NCBI GenBank assembly: GCA_963717145.1
Contig: OY970325.1
Location: 4,067,248 to 4,131,247 of the forward strand
Direction: 5' to 3'
Source of the DNA: an uncultured Armatimonadetes bacterium
GTDB lineage: Bacteria; Armatimonadota; UBA5829; DTJY01
DNA: 64,000 bases
Part shown: positions 1 through 9,984 of the stretch, piece by piece
Numbering within the stretch: position 1 is the stretch's first letter
Layout of the letters: each line of letters starts with the position of its first letter
Notes under the pieces: model-generated
Seen by the model: the letters and a program-made list of their open reading frames with translations, nothing else
Told to the model about the DNA's origin: nothing
Databases searched by the model: none
Made by a program: the position numbers and the translations under genes

Positions 1-483
1 GGGAGAATGAAGACGGCCGTTCCCCCGGATGTTGGGGCTGGAGTTCAACTCACAGCCCCAACATCCGGGCGAACGGCCGGTGAAAAAGGGAATCAGTTGC
101 CGACGGGTTGCCGGGTCGATACGCCGCCGGGTGCATTTTGCCTGATCGCCGGATCAGGTCTCATTGGTACCGAGTGCTGCAGTGGCTTCCGTCCGCGCGC
201 CCAGCAGGCATCCCAGCGACGGGCGCAGGATTGCCTGAAGGAACGGTGACCACTGAAGGGCTCGATTGCAGGCATGACAGTGTCTGTCAGTGCCGCTACT
301 CCACGTGCCACACCAGAAGCATTTGATCATGGTGGCGTGTTTCCTTCCTGACTGCCAATGATCCGGCAGCCATGTATTACCCTTGCGTTTCGGTCCCTAA
401 ACCCAGGTCTCTACTCCAATGGGTCAGGACCAGAACCCCGGACATCCGATGTCCGAGGTGAGGCATCTCCTGGTATGATTACC

Positions 484-499
484 TGCAAGATTCGTGCCA
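484..499 (-). promoter_or_regulatory. sigma-54 (RpoN) -24/-12 promoter, transcription towards window start
   Basis: Minus strand reads TGGCACGAATCTTGCA = TGGCACG-N4-TTGCA consensus; same ~35-bp unit recurs at 58612 and 58808. Confidence 0.55.
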
Positions 500-710
500 G
501 TAGTGCTAACAGGGGGTATTTTCTGGTATTTTTACTGTGTAGACGTTTGTACACAGAACGCTGATCACGCAGGATTTCGGTATGTAGCCTACTTCCTGCG
601 GCAAAACTTGCTTCCCAGGCCACCCTGTCCGGTGCGCTGCAATGCAGGTATTTGTACCTATTGTATGACTGTGCTGCATGTGGGATTGTTCCCGCCAATC
701 CATGTACTTT

Positions 711-2948
711 CTACCTGCTGACGACGCATACGCCATCCTCGGTGAGGGGGCAGCGATAGAAGCTCGTGCTGGCTATCCGCGTCACTGAGAGCGGCTTGCC
801 GTTGAGCGAGACCTTGGGCATGCGCGGACTCACTATGATCAGTTCCGGCTCGACGGGCTTGGGGAAGCTGTAGTGAGGCATCGAAACCTGCAATTGGAAT
901 CGGTCACCTCTCTGACTTTCCAGGCGGATGTTGGCGCTCCCGGCATCGACGACCTGCAGCTTGTCCGGATCGAGCACCCACACGACGCCCGGCTCGGCGA
1001 ACACGCCGCTGACGGGCTCTCTCCCGGACATTTCGTAGCCCACCAGGTTCTTCGGTATCGTCAGATGCTGCCCTCTCTCCAGGCAGTAGTATCCGGGCTC
1101 GCGGGCACCTGCATCGCGATTGAGGATGTGCAGCATTCCCGCGCTCCGCATGGTCGGCGGCTTAAGGCCGAAGAACGACTCCACCAATGCGTCGCAGCCG
1201 CTCCTGGGGATGCCGGCGAGGACCATCAGGTTCCCGCGGCGCCAGCCGACGGTCTGGCCACCTGCCTCGATCCACTCGCCGTCTGTGAAAGCAGGATTCC
1301 GCCGGACATTCGGCGTCACGCTCAATTCGACTTTCTTCCGTTCGGACGTCTCGAATGAAACTGGAGCCGCCAAACTGCCAATCGGACTGATCGGCAGAAC
1401 GTCGAGCAGGGCATGGGTGAGATCGCGGCTCGTCCTGCGTCCGGGCTCGCAGAATAGCTGCGTCTTCGAGCAGACCACGAGGACCTTCTTGTCCTTGGGC
1501 ACGTTAGCGAGGAGTTCAGTGAGATAGGTGTCGGTCGGCCCGTCGGTGAAGCCGAGGACCAGGATGACGTTCTCGTAGTCGTCGTACTTGTCCAACTGCT
1601 CGGTCAGGAGTACATCGGGGCCGTACTTGACGAGGTCCTCGGACATCGCCTTCAGGATCGTCCACTGTTCGTTCTCGAGCTTGGCGACTTCGGGGTCTCT
1701 CGCGGACTCCGGATTCGCCGGCGGGATGAAGACCGCGAGGTCGCGCGTCGGACGCTCGATATGCTTGTACGGGGTCATAAGCTCCAACTGACCGCGCATC
1801 ACCGCCAGCTCGGTCGCGATACGGTCGGTATTGAACCAGTCCCAGGTGTCATTCGTGCTGAAGGCGAAGTAGTTGATCGCGGCCGGCTTGAACTGCAGTT
1901 CGTGGAACACGGCGCGGTAGACGTTATCTGGCGTGTTGCCGTCCAGGCTGCCGGATTGGAACTCGTTGTAGAAGGGCCTACGCCCGGTCCGGAGCGCCTG
2001 TTGCGCGATGCAGCTACTCGCCAACTCGACGACGACGGGATCGAACAGCGCGAACTTGTGCTTGACGTCGTTTCCCTGCAGGTCCTTCTGCCCCAGGTAC
2101 TCGAACACGTAGTGCGTGACTCCGACGGCGTCCGACGGGTACTTCAGTTGGCGCATGCTCTGGCCGAATGTGGGAGTGTAGGGGATGCTGAGCAGCCGGC
2201 TCGTCACGATCAAGTTATCGCCATGGATGCCGTGGTAGAAGTTGTCCATGCCGACGATCACGTGCGTGATCAGGTACTCCTTGAACAGCGTGTGCAGGAA
2301 GGTTCTGAACAGACAATCGCTCGGCATGGCGGTACCGAGTGTTGACCATTTCTCCGAGGTGAACCCGAAGTCTTTCTCGAAGGTGATGCCGTCTCCGTTG
2401 CTGTCCTCCGAGGGTGACTTGTCCCCATACAAACCGGCCATCCAGTCGCCGAAGTCCTTCGACGACTCGGGCGTCACCATCAGCGACTCGACCTCTTCCT
2501 TCTTGTGGTTCGTGTAGTAATAGTCGGGCGAGAAATGCGGTTCGCTTCCGGTATCGAAACCGAGGCAATACTTGTGCGTTTCCTGTATGGCGTAGAGCTT
2601 GTCGCCCATCCCCCGGTAGTCCCAGTGCTCCTTGTCCCAACTGCCGATCGGGATGTAGTTGTGGAACAGCTCCACCCACGGGATGCGGGCCTCATCCAGA
2701 GCCTCGTTCACCCACGCGTCATGGGTGTCATGAGTGACGAAATCGAACACGTCGATCAGGTTGGGCACGACCGGCTTCATCGACTGCTCGATGCAGATGT
2801 GCGCGCCGATCAACGGCCTCCGACTGTCCTGCGCGCTGTATACGTTCAGCAGTGGCTTCCGGCCCTCGGTGTGCCATTTCATGATGCTCTCCTGTGCGCA
2901 GAGATGAGCGCAGATCAACACGAGCGTTAGAATAATGATAGCGCGCAT
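711..2948 (-). CDS. secreted hypothetical protein, function unassigned; co-transcribed with GH78 gene
   Basis: ORF 711..3404 trimmed to the ATG at 2948 (MRAIIILTLVLICAHLCAQ signal peptide); upstream gene stop codon is 5 bp away. Confidence 0.45.
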   Translation of the reverse strand: MRAIIILTLVLICAHLCAQESIMKWHTEGRKPLLNVYSAQDSRRPLIGAHICIEQSMKPVVPNLIDVFDFVTHDTHDAWVNEALDEARIPWVELFHNYIPIGSWDKEHWDYRGMGDKLYAIQETHKYCLGFDTGSEPHFSPDYYYTNHKKEEVESLMVTPESSKDFGDWMAGLYGDKSPSEDSNGDGITFEKDFGFTSEKWSTLGTAMPSDCLFRTFLHTLFKEYLITHVIVGMDNFYHGIHGDNLIVTSRLLSIPYTPTFGQSMRQLKYPSDAVGVTHYVFEYLGQKDLQGNDVKHKFALFDPVVVELASSCIAQQALRTGRRPFYNEFQSGSLDGNTPDNVYRAVFHELQFKPAAINYFAFSTNDTWDWFNTDRIATELAVMRGQLELMTPYKHIERPTRDLAVFIPPANPESARDPEVAKLENEQWTILKAMSEDLVKYGPDVLLTEQLDKYDDYENVILVLGFTDGPTDTYLTELLANVPKDKKVLVVCSKTQLFCEPGRRTSRDLTHALLDVLPISPIGSLAAPVSFETSERKKVELSVTPNVRRNPAFTDGEWIEAGGQTVGWRRGNLMVLAGIPRSGCDALVESFFGLKPPTMRSAGMLHILNRDAGAREPGYYCLERGQHLTIPKNLVGYEMSGREPVSGVFAEPGVVWVLDPDKLQVVDAGSANIRLESQRGDRFQLQVSMPHYSFPKPVEPELIIVSPRMPKVSLNGKPLSVTRIASTSFYRCPLTEDGVCVVSR

Positions 2949-2953
2949 GATCT

Positions 2954-5740
2954 CTACCTCTCCGAGTCGAACGCATACCTGCCCGATCCCACTTCGAAAA
3001 CCGCATGGCCGTTCTCGAAGCGCACGGCCTTCAAGCCATCGGATTCCCTCACGCTGGTCGCATCCTTCGCCGGGACGTGGACGGTGGCCGTCGTGTTCGG
3101 CGGAATCGTCAGGTCCCACCGGAACGACTTGCCGTCGAGCGACCACGCGCTCGCGATCCGTCCGTTCGGGCCATCGTGCCAGGCCCTCACCCACGTCAGC
3201 CCGCCGACGAGGTCGGGACGGAGCACCAGTCGGCGGAACCCGACTTTCGGTCGGATGCCGGCCAAGTCCTCCATGAACCACACGTGTATCGGCGCGGCCA
3301 GCGACGGCATCTGCACTCCACCGCCGTCCCACGCCTCCTGATACGTCCCCTGCCGCACCATGCCGAACCAGCCGGGGGTGTCCGGCTGTGTGGCGATTGT
3401 CCATGCCAGGTCCGGGCGGCCGATGTCCGACAGCGTGGTCAGCAGGATCGGCGTTCCGACGAAGCCGGACGCAATGTGGTTGTTCGCCTCCTCGACCGCC
3501 TTGGCCAGACGCGCCTCGACCTTCGGCTTCACCTCGCTCGGAGTCAGCCCGAGAGCCAAGGGGAGCGACTGAGCGGTCTGTCCGCCCTTGAGGTCATAGA
3601 CGCCGGTCTCGGTATCGAGGAAAGTGCGGTTGAATGTCGCTCGTATCTCACCTGCGCGACGCTCGTAGAGAGCGTGATCGTCCGGGTGATCGAGCACGGA
3701 TGCTGTGTCGGCCATGATCTGTGCGAACCACGCGAGTGCGGCGGTCGATGTGTAGACGACCCTCGCCTTCGAAGTCTCGACTGCCAGCCAGTCGCCGAGT
3801 CCCCACCACAGCACGTCCTTGCCCGTCGGTCCTTCGAGCCTCGGCCAGGCGGCCCGCGCCTTCTCATCCACACAGAGCTGCTCCAGGTACGCGAAATGCG
3901 CCTTCATCCCCTCGTAGCTCTCAGCCAACAATGATGTATCCCCATACGCCTGGTAGTAGAGCCACGGCGTATAGAGTATCGCGCCGCCCCACCACGGGCC
4001 GTTGATGTCCGGCGCCTCGAACCGACCGGGCACGACCGGTGCGACGTAGCCATCGGGGAACTGCCCATCGAGGAAGTCGAGCTGCCACTTGCGGTACGTC
4101 GGGCCGACATCGTAGAACCACGACTCGGCCGGGAACTGGTTCCAGACATCCTGCGTCCACGGCGACTTCTCGCGGACCGGATCGTTCGGGATCTGGATGA
4201 TGTAGTTGTAGACCGTGCGGCGGAAGACCTCCTGGAGGCGGTTGAGGCGTTCATCCGAGCAGGCGAACTTGCCGACCACCGGCAGATCGGTCGCCGTCAC
4301 GACGCCGACGAGGTCCTCGGCTTTCGGCTCATACCCGAGCCCCGAGACATCGACCGCGCCGAATCCGTGGTACGTCAGGCTCGGCTGGCAGACCTCTTCG
4401 CCCTCACCCCGCGCGGTGTAGATGTCGGTCTGATAGCGCCCGAACGTGTGACCGCTGCCGCCGAGGACGTTCATAGTCACCACCTGCCCGGGCTTCGCTC
4501 TCAGCTTCAAGCGGGGGACGCCGCCGACTCCCTCCCTCAGGGTGAACCGCCACTTGTCCTCGCCCACTTTCTCGACCTTGGCTGCGGGGATCTCCTCCAG
4601 CGCTCGCACCGGATAGAGCAGTTGCGCCGACATCCGGCCCTTGGGGGACGAAGCGGGTAGGGCGGGTTTCCATGTTGAGTCATCGAACCCCGGCGCGGAC
4701 CAGCCGGGCATCTCCTTCCGAGCGTCGTATGTGTTTCCGCCCGCAAAGCAGTTGTAGCGGACCGGGCCGTCGGTCGTGAACCTCCAACGCCGGTCGGTGC
4801 CGATGATCGCTCGGCTGCCGTCCGTATACTCGATCTCCAGGTCCATCCTGAGCTGTGGCGGCGAGATGAAGTCCGAGCGGTAATATCCGTGGAAGAGCGG
4901 GCTGATCGGATTGAACCAGCCGTTGCCGAGCACGATGCCGACGGCATTTCGGCCCTGCCTGAGCGACTCCGTAACGTCGCGGACGACGTAGGGCACGCGC
5001 TTCTCGTAGTCGCACATGGCGGGATCGAGGAGGTTCGGGCCGACGAACCGGCCGTTGATGTGCAGTTCGAAGCATCCGAGGCCGGAGACATAGGCGACCG
5101 CGCGTCGGATGCTCTTCGGCGCGTCGAACTCCCGGCGCGTATAGACCGCGGGCGCCTCATTCGCGTCCTTCGACATCTCGGCGATCTTGCCACCGAGTCC
5201 CCACAATATGCCGCAGTACCCATTGTTCCGGCCCGGATCGGGAAACGCCTTCAGTTCCTTCTGGTAAGACATCAGCTCGAGGTCGGAAGCGATCCACTGC
5301 CCGCGCCAGTCCTTCGGGCTGAGGATGCCCATTGTCCACTCGGCGGGTTGGCTCCATGCGGAGGGCCGGTTGTCCTGGTCCCAAACACGCACCTTCCAGA
5401 AGACCCGCTGCCGAGATGCGAGTGGTTTGCCGGCATAGGGGATTGCGACCGTTGAGTCCGAGGTCACCCCACAGCTGTCCCACAGGTCGCCCCTGTTCGC
5501 CCTCAACTCCGCCGCGGAGGACGCGACGATCACTTGATAAGCCATCTGCCTGAGGCCGCGGGAAGCCGGATCGGCCGCCTCGCAGACCCACGACAGGTGT
5601 GGGTGGGCCTGATCGACGCCAGGTGGATTCACCATCCGCTCGCACGTCAACTGCACCGGGTTGAGCGCGGCGTTCTGAGCCGATGCGCCTGATGCGGCGA
5701 TGATGAGGATGAGCAGTGACAGTGCGACCCGACGAGTCAT
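2954..5740 (-). CDS. alpha-L-rhamnosidase, glycoside hydrolase family 78
   Basis: 928-aa ORF with signal peptide; length and sequence resemble bacterial GH78 rhamnosidases; GGAGG SD before ATG at 5740. Confidence 0.8.
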   Translation of the reverse strand: MTRRVALSLLILIIAASGASAQNAALNPVQLTCERMVNPPGVDQAHPHLSWVCEAADPASRGLRQMAYQVIVASSAAELRANRGDLWDSCGVTSDSTVAIPYAGKPLASRQRVFWKVRVWDQDNRPSAWSQPAEWTMGILSPKDWRGQWIASDLELMSYQKELKAFPDPGRNNGYCGILWGLGGKIAEMSKDANEAPAVYTRREFDAPKSIRRAVAYVSGLGCFELHINGRFVGPNLLDPAMCDYEKRVPYVVRDVTESLRQGRNAVGIVLGNGWFNPISPLFHGYYRSDFISPPQLRMDLEIEYTDGSRAIIGTDRRWRFTTDGPVRYNCFAGGNTYDARKEMPGWSAPGFDDSTWKPALPASSPKGRMSAQLLYPVRALEEIPAAKVEKVGEDKWRFTLREGVGGVPRLKLRAKPGQVVTMNVLGGSGHTFGRYQTDIYTARGEGEEVCQPSLTYHGFGAVDVSGLGYEPKAEDLVGVVTATDLPVVGKFACSDERLNRLQEVFRRTVYNYIIQIPNDPVREKSPWTQDVWNQFPAESWFYDVGPTYRKWQLDFLDGQFPDGYVAPVVPGRFEAPDINGPWWGGAILYTPWLYYQAYGDTSLLAESYEGMKAHFAYLEQLCVDEKARAAWPRLEGPTGKDVLWWGLGDWLAVETSKARVVYTSTAALAWFAQIMADTASVLDHPDDHALYERRAGEIRATFNRTFLDTETGVYDLKGGQTAQSLPLALGLTPSEVKPKVEARLAKAVEEANNHIASGFVGTPILLTTLSDIGRPDLAWTIATQPDTPGWFGMVRQGTYQEAWDGGGVQMPSLAAPIHVWFMEDLAGIRPKVGFRRLVLRPDLVGGLTWVRAWHDGPNGRIASAWSLDGKSFRWDLTIPPNTTATVHVPAKDATSVRESDGLKAVRFENGHAVFEVGSGRYAFDSER

Positions 5741-5825
5741 GTTGGCCTCCGGGAGAATCGTTGGGTTAACGGTTCAGCAGGAGGGTGGGGGAATCCTTGT
5801 GGGAGAGCTTTTCGACGAAGTCGCG

Positions 5826-6154
5826 GGCGTCGCGTGAGAGGTTAGGAGTCGGCATTCAGCATCCTCTCGACGAACTCCCTGGTCTCCCCCTCGCCGATCA
5901 GTCCCTTCTCGGAGGCCATCCTGGCGCGGACCCGCCCACACCGAATCCTCCAGCGCCTGCAACACGGAGTACCGAGCGCTGGAAGAAAGCCGCTACCGCT
6001 CCTTCGCAGATTCGCCAATCGCCTGATCTGAGTGTTTCCGGAAGAACTCCGCTATCTCTGGTTTCTGCATTTCTCCCGGGTCGCTGCCATGTAGTTCTAT
6101 CTGGTGGCCGTGGATCTCCAGCACTTCTTCCAGCGTCAGAAATATCGGATTCAT
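5826..6154 (-). pseudogene. decayed Doc/Fic-family toxin gene (death-on-curing-like) downstream of its antitoxin
   Basis: N-terminus MNPIFLTLEEVLEIHGHQIELHGSDPG resembles the Doc N-terminus; Doc-like RDxGxL...AVAAFFQRSVL continues in another frame; in-frame TAG stop; HPFxDGNKR motif not recoverable; C-terminal fragment lies in a third frame; start overlaps antitoxin stop by 4 bp. Confidence 0.4.
5829..5960. repeat. ~130-bp direct repeat, copy 1 (3' end of Doc-like toxin gene)
   Basis: About 90% identical to 6491..6622; 1-bp indel relative to copy 2 changes the frame. Confidence 0.7.
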
Positions 6155-6158
6155 GCAA

Positions 6159-6461
6159 TCAATCCGCCAAATTCTTGTATGCCTTCCCGAACTTCTCGTC
6201 TGAGCGTTTGAGTACACGGCTGAACTTCTCTCTGCGCTTGGCGTCAGGCATCGGCACTATTATGAGCTTCTTGCCGTCAGTGGATATCTCCAGAGGAGTA
6301 TCATCTGTAATCTTGAGAAGATCCAGCACGCCCTTATCGATTATGAGAGCCCTGCTGTTCCCGCATTTGGTCAGGGTCTTAATCATTTCGTATTCCTCCG
6401 CACGGAAGTTGCGATACTTACTCCGTTCGTACATTGTATAGCCATTATCGGCTTTTGTCAA
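6159..6461 (-). CDS. AbrB/MazE/SpoVT-family antitoxin (DNA-binding swapped-hairpin domain)
   Basis: CGNSRALIIDKGVLDLLKITDDTPLEISTDGKKLIIVP matches the MazE/AbrB signature; true start may be the internal MIKTLTK. Confidence 0.6.
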   Translation of the reverse strand: MTKADNGYTMYERSKYRNFRAEEYEMIKTLTKCGNSRALIIDKGVLDLLKITDDTPLEISTDGKKLIIVPMPDAKRREKFSRVLKRSDEKFGKAYKNLAD

Positions 6462-6490
6462 CCGGTTTCTCAGAGGAGGATTCCGAGGGT

Positions 6491-6622
6491 GTCGCGTGAG
6501 AGGTTAGGAGTCGGCATTGAGCATTCTCTCGATGAACTCCCCGGTCTTCTCCTCGCCGATCAGCCCCTTCTCGGAGGCCATCCTGGCGCGCACCGCCCAC
6601 ACGGAATCCTCAATCGCCTCGG
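6491..6622. repeat. ~130-bp direct repeat, copy 2 (orphan 3' fragment of a second Doc-like gene)
   Basis: Minus strand encodes ...EVNSEAIEDSVWAVRARMASEKGLIGEEKTGEFIERMLNADS* with no start codon; frame blocked upstream. Confidence 0.6.
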
Positions 6623-6815
6623 AGTTCACTTCACCGGGACTGCCAATGCGGAGAGTTCTTGTTCACGGACGATTCTTGGTGGGGGAGCCGTGTCCTCGGC
6701 AAGAACCGAGGCTGGCACGTTTCTCCAGGTAGTCATCACCGTCCGTATACCACGGACAAAGTGGAGTAGGCCACCTTGTCCGGGCATAGCCGTCCGCATC
6801 CGGCCAAGTCCCATC

Positions 6816-9584
6816 TCAGTGATCTGGGGCGCGACTAGCGAGCCAAGCGGAAACCGATAGCATTATCCCTGCTCCCCGGGGAGTAGTTGCTCCGATTGGC
6901 GCAGCGGGGAGCGTACCGGTCTTCCTGAAGGTAACTCGCACCGCGCAGGACCCTGTAACTATAGATCCACCCAGCGGGCCCTGCGGGTCGGCTGGCCAAC
7001 TGCTCGTCGAGTACTCGCTGTAGTAGGCGCTCGAATACCAGTCCTTACACCACTCCCACACGTTGCCGGCCATGTCCTGGCAGCCGTACGGGCTGGCGCC
7101 CGAAGGGTTGACATAGCTTCCAACGGGCTTGGCGGCCGATGAGTTCATGACGTTGCACCTGTTGCCATCCCAGATGTCGCCCCACGGGTACACGTTTGGA
7201 TGCTCCGCCGGGCTAGTCGCCCAGCGGGCAGCCTTCTCCCACTGAGCCTCTGACGGCAAATGGCCGCCAGCGTAGTTGCAGAACGCTTCTGCTTCGAAGT
7301 AGCTCACCCCACCCACTGGGAGAAGTCCATTCGCGCTTGGGTTCCAGTTGGTTGGCTGCGTGATATGCCCTTGGTCACGCCAGAGTCGCCCCTCCTCAGA
7401 CCAGTATTCGTTGTTCGCGTATCCATCTGCGTCCACGAATGCTTTGAACTCGGCGTTGGTCACCTCATACTTTCCTATCCAGTAACCTGAGAGACCAACG
7501 CGGTGCTGTGGCAACTCATCGGGGTAGCTGTTTCCCTCGCTCCCGCTGTTCCCCATTAGGAACGATCCGGCTGGAACGTAGACCATTTCCCCAGGATAAT
7601 CGTCGGTCTGTCGCACCAATCGAAGCGTATTACCGCCGATGCTCATGCATGAACTGACGCCCGTCGCTTCCAGGTAGTCACCGACGACGGGTGAGAGCAC
7701 GGTGTTGCGCGTCAGAACCGTGACCGGCTCGGGGCTGCCATCGGAGATCACAAAGAAGCCGGCTCCGTAAGTCTGGACGCGACCCCAGGTCGTCACGAGC
7801 AATCCTATGTTGTTGAGTCCCCTCCCGCCGGTCACGCCGCACTGGCCGGCCCCGCTGGATGCCAGGCAGTGCCAATCCCCACCGCCCAGCGAGAGAAGGT
7901 TGATCCCCAATGGCTTTACCGATCCATAGCCGATAGGCTCGACCCAGGTCGCTTCGACGTATCGCTCTCCGTTCAGATCAGTGCGCATGGTGCCCGTGAG
8001 GTTGACGCACGTCTTGCGGGCAGCCGTAAAGCCGGAGGCAAGCACCTTAAGTCCTGCGCTTCTGTCGGCAGACTCCACATAGAAGCCGTCCGTTAGAACT
8101 GCCGTGATGATGCCACCCAGACACGTAACGGAGTCTGAGTTGGTCCGCAGTCTTGCAGCCGCGACCGAATCGGCTCGCGTACAGGTGAACGATAACTGGA
8201 ACTCCTGGCCCGCCTGCAGCGGAGGGTCATTCTTCTGCCATGGGAGCATCATGACCATATCGTCCGCGAAGTCATAGTCGCGTGCATTGCTGCCGGGTAA
8301 GGCAAGAGCGTTTGTCACTCGGAATGGCAACCAGGCGATCACCGGGTTCTCTAGCCGGGGGATAGAAGTGTTCATCTTCACGGAGAGAGTGAAACGATAC
8401 TCCTCTGGGTTCTCTGTGTGTTCATAAGTGAGTGTCTGGTCGTATAGGGCGGACTGGCAGCTGTCAAGGCGGCAGTCGTAGCCAGGATCGCCGTACAGGA
8501 CGAACTTGTCCCGATCGTACGTGATGTCCTCATCATACCCGGGCGTTTCTCGTTCGCGGTGGAATGCCAGAGCCTGGTTTCCCAGGAAGAAAGCCTCCGA
8601 CCACGTGAACCTGCCGGCCAGCGGAAAGAAATAGCTCTGTACCATGCCGCTTATCAGCCCATAGGTGTTAGTCACGATGTAGCCGCTATACTGGACCGCC
8701 CCGCCAGAATGAATCCAGCCCAGAGCGAGGCAGTTGTCTCGTTGCCCACCAAGGTCGTCCACAAGGCCCAGTAGGCAGTTCCCGCGACCGAAGTACAGCT
8801 TCGGATTCGTGGAGTTGACGTCATGTCTAGTGAGCGCGATGTCTTCGCCGTAGAGCTGTCCATGATCGCTCTTGAAGTACCCCTCACCGTCCGAATTCGG
8901 GTAGTGTAGTTGCCAGTCTAGTGGGCTAGCGTGTCCGCTCGTTATCACAATGTCCACCGGTGACGTATTGGAGTTGAGAGCATCCACGAGTGCTTGTGTG
9001 TCGTCCGCCGGTCCAGCCGGCGGGTGGCCGGCGTCGTACTTTGCGACAATTCCGCACGAGGTATCCCGAACCCACATGACGTCGCTGGCCGACTCCGAGT
9101 GGTACGTCCCAAGCTTCAGGTAGGTCTCGAGAAGGTCACCACCGGTCTTCAGCAAGCCCCGGCGCACGGTTAGCGGCTGTGCTTGGGCCATTCTCAGGGC
9201 ATCTGCCGCCGTGTAACCCGTCACGATGCCCCAGATGCAGTCGCCGTATGGGTCAGCGTCGAGAGCCCAACACAACTGATGAACAGTCTCCACGTAGACG
9301 CCGCTTAGCTCTGTTGGCTGTGCGACGAAGGCGATGTGGCGCGGCATTATGCGCGACAACCTGCTGCGCACGGTATCTGGGAAAGCTGCGCCCGTGTAGG
9401 TTACGACAAGAGCTGAGTGCTTTGCAGCCAGCGCGTCAACCACGCCGCGCCAAGCGGCGTCGCCGTAAGTGCTCTGCGAGACGCATACAGCATAGGGCTG
9501 CGGGTAGTGTTCATCCGCCAGCACATGCACGGTAGTGGCAAGCACTCCAATCACTGCGAGCATAACATACACCTGTCTCATCAT
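6816..9584 (-). CDS. secreted multidomain protein: N-terminal caspase-like (C25 gingipain-like) domain plus C-terminal FGE-sulfatase (SUMF1) domain
   Basis: Signal peptide; ITSGHASPLDW and RGNCLLG resemble the His/Cys dyad of clan CD peptidases; C-terminal 300 aa carry the FGE-sulfatase signature (YPDELPQHRV...AGNVWEWCKDWY). Confidence 0.6.
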   Translation of the reverse strand: MMRQVYVMLAVIGVLATTVHVLADEHYPQPYAVCVSQSTYGDAAWRGVVDALAAKHSALVVTYTGAAFPDTVRSRLSRIMPRHIAFVAQPTELSGVYVETVHQLCWALDADPYGDCIWGIVTGYTAADALRMAQAQPLTVRRGLLKTGGDLLETYLKLGTYHSESASDVMWVRDTSCGIVAKYDAGHPPAGPADDTQALVDALNSNTSPVDIVITSGHASPLDWQLHYPNSDGEGYFKSDHGQLYGEDIALTRHDVNSTNPKLYFGRGNCLLGLVDDLGGQRDNCLALGWIHSGGAVQYSGYIVTNTYGLISGMVQSYFFPLAGRFTWSEAFFLGNQALAFHRERETPGYDEDITYDRDKFVLYGDPGYDCRLDSCQSALYDQTLTYEHTENPEEYRFTLSVKMNTSIPRLENPVIAWLPFRVTNALALPGSNARDYDFADDMVMMLPWQKNDPPLQAGQEFQLSFTCTRADSVAAARLRTNSDSVTCLGGIITAVLTDGFYVESADRSAGLKVLASGFTAARKTCVNLTGTMRTDLNGERYVEATWVEPIGYGSVKPLGINLLSLGGGDWHCLASSGAGQCGVTGGRGLNNIGLLVTTWGRVQTYGAGFFVISDGSPEPVTVLTRNTVLSPVVGDYLEATGVSSCMSIGGNTLRLVRQTDDYPGEMVYVPAGSFLMGNSGSEGNSYPDELPQHRVGLSGYWIGKYEVTNAEFKAFVDADGYANNEYWSEEGRLWRDQGHITQPTNWNPSANGLLPVGGVSYFEAEAFCNYAGGHLPSEAQWEKAARWATSPAEHPNVYPWGDIWDGNRCNVMNSSAAKPVGSYVNPSGASPYGCQDMAGNVWEWCKDWYSSAYYSEYSTSSWPADPQGPLGGSIVTGSCAVRVTFRKTGTLPAAPIGATTPRGAGIMLSVSAWLASRAPDH

Positions 9585-9984
9585 TCAACCTCATGGTGTC
9601 ACATTTTTTGGTAACTGCTCTACAATAACTCACTAATCCTCATACAGCTTACCTTGGCTGCCTATCCCCTGGAGGCAGAGAGTTTGGGCGAGGAGAGAAT
9701 AACCTTAGGTAAGCAGTACAGTCACTGAGCCACAGTATGTATCCCCCGCTTGAATCTGTCAAGTATGGTCTTGGCTGACTGAGCGTATGGCCTGTGAAAA
9801 ACTGGTATTATTACTAGCAGACAAGATATCGGTGAGTGACTCGAAGGCCCGTTCCAAAGAACCACGCCCCCTCTCGGTGCTCAACAGAAATCATCGTGTG
9901 GAGACGAAGGAGAATATAGGGGCCGAGATGAATCCGGCCTCCGCATAATATCCCTGGCTTTCTGCCCGTGCCGTGGCTTGGCCT

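Noticed and set aside
5774-6158. ORFs 5774..5965, 5898..6158 and 6626..6814 as independent small genes.
   Set aside because: They are alternative frames of the decayed Doc-like toxin gene and its duplicated 3' fragment.
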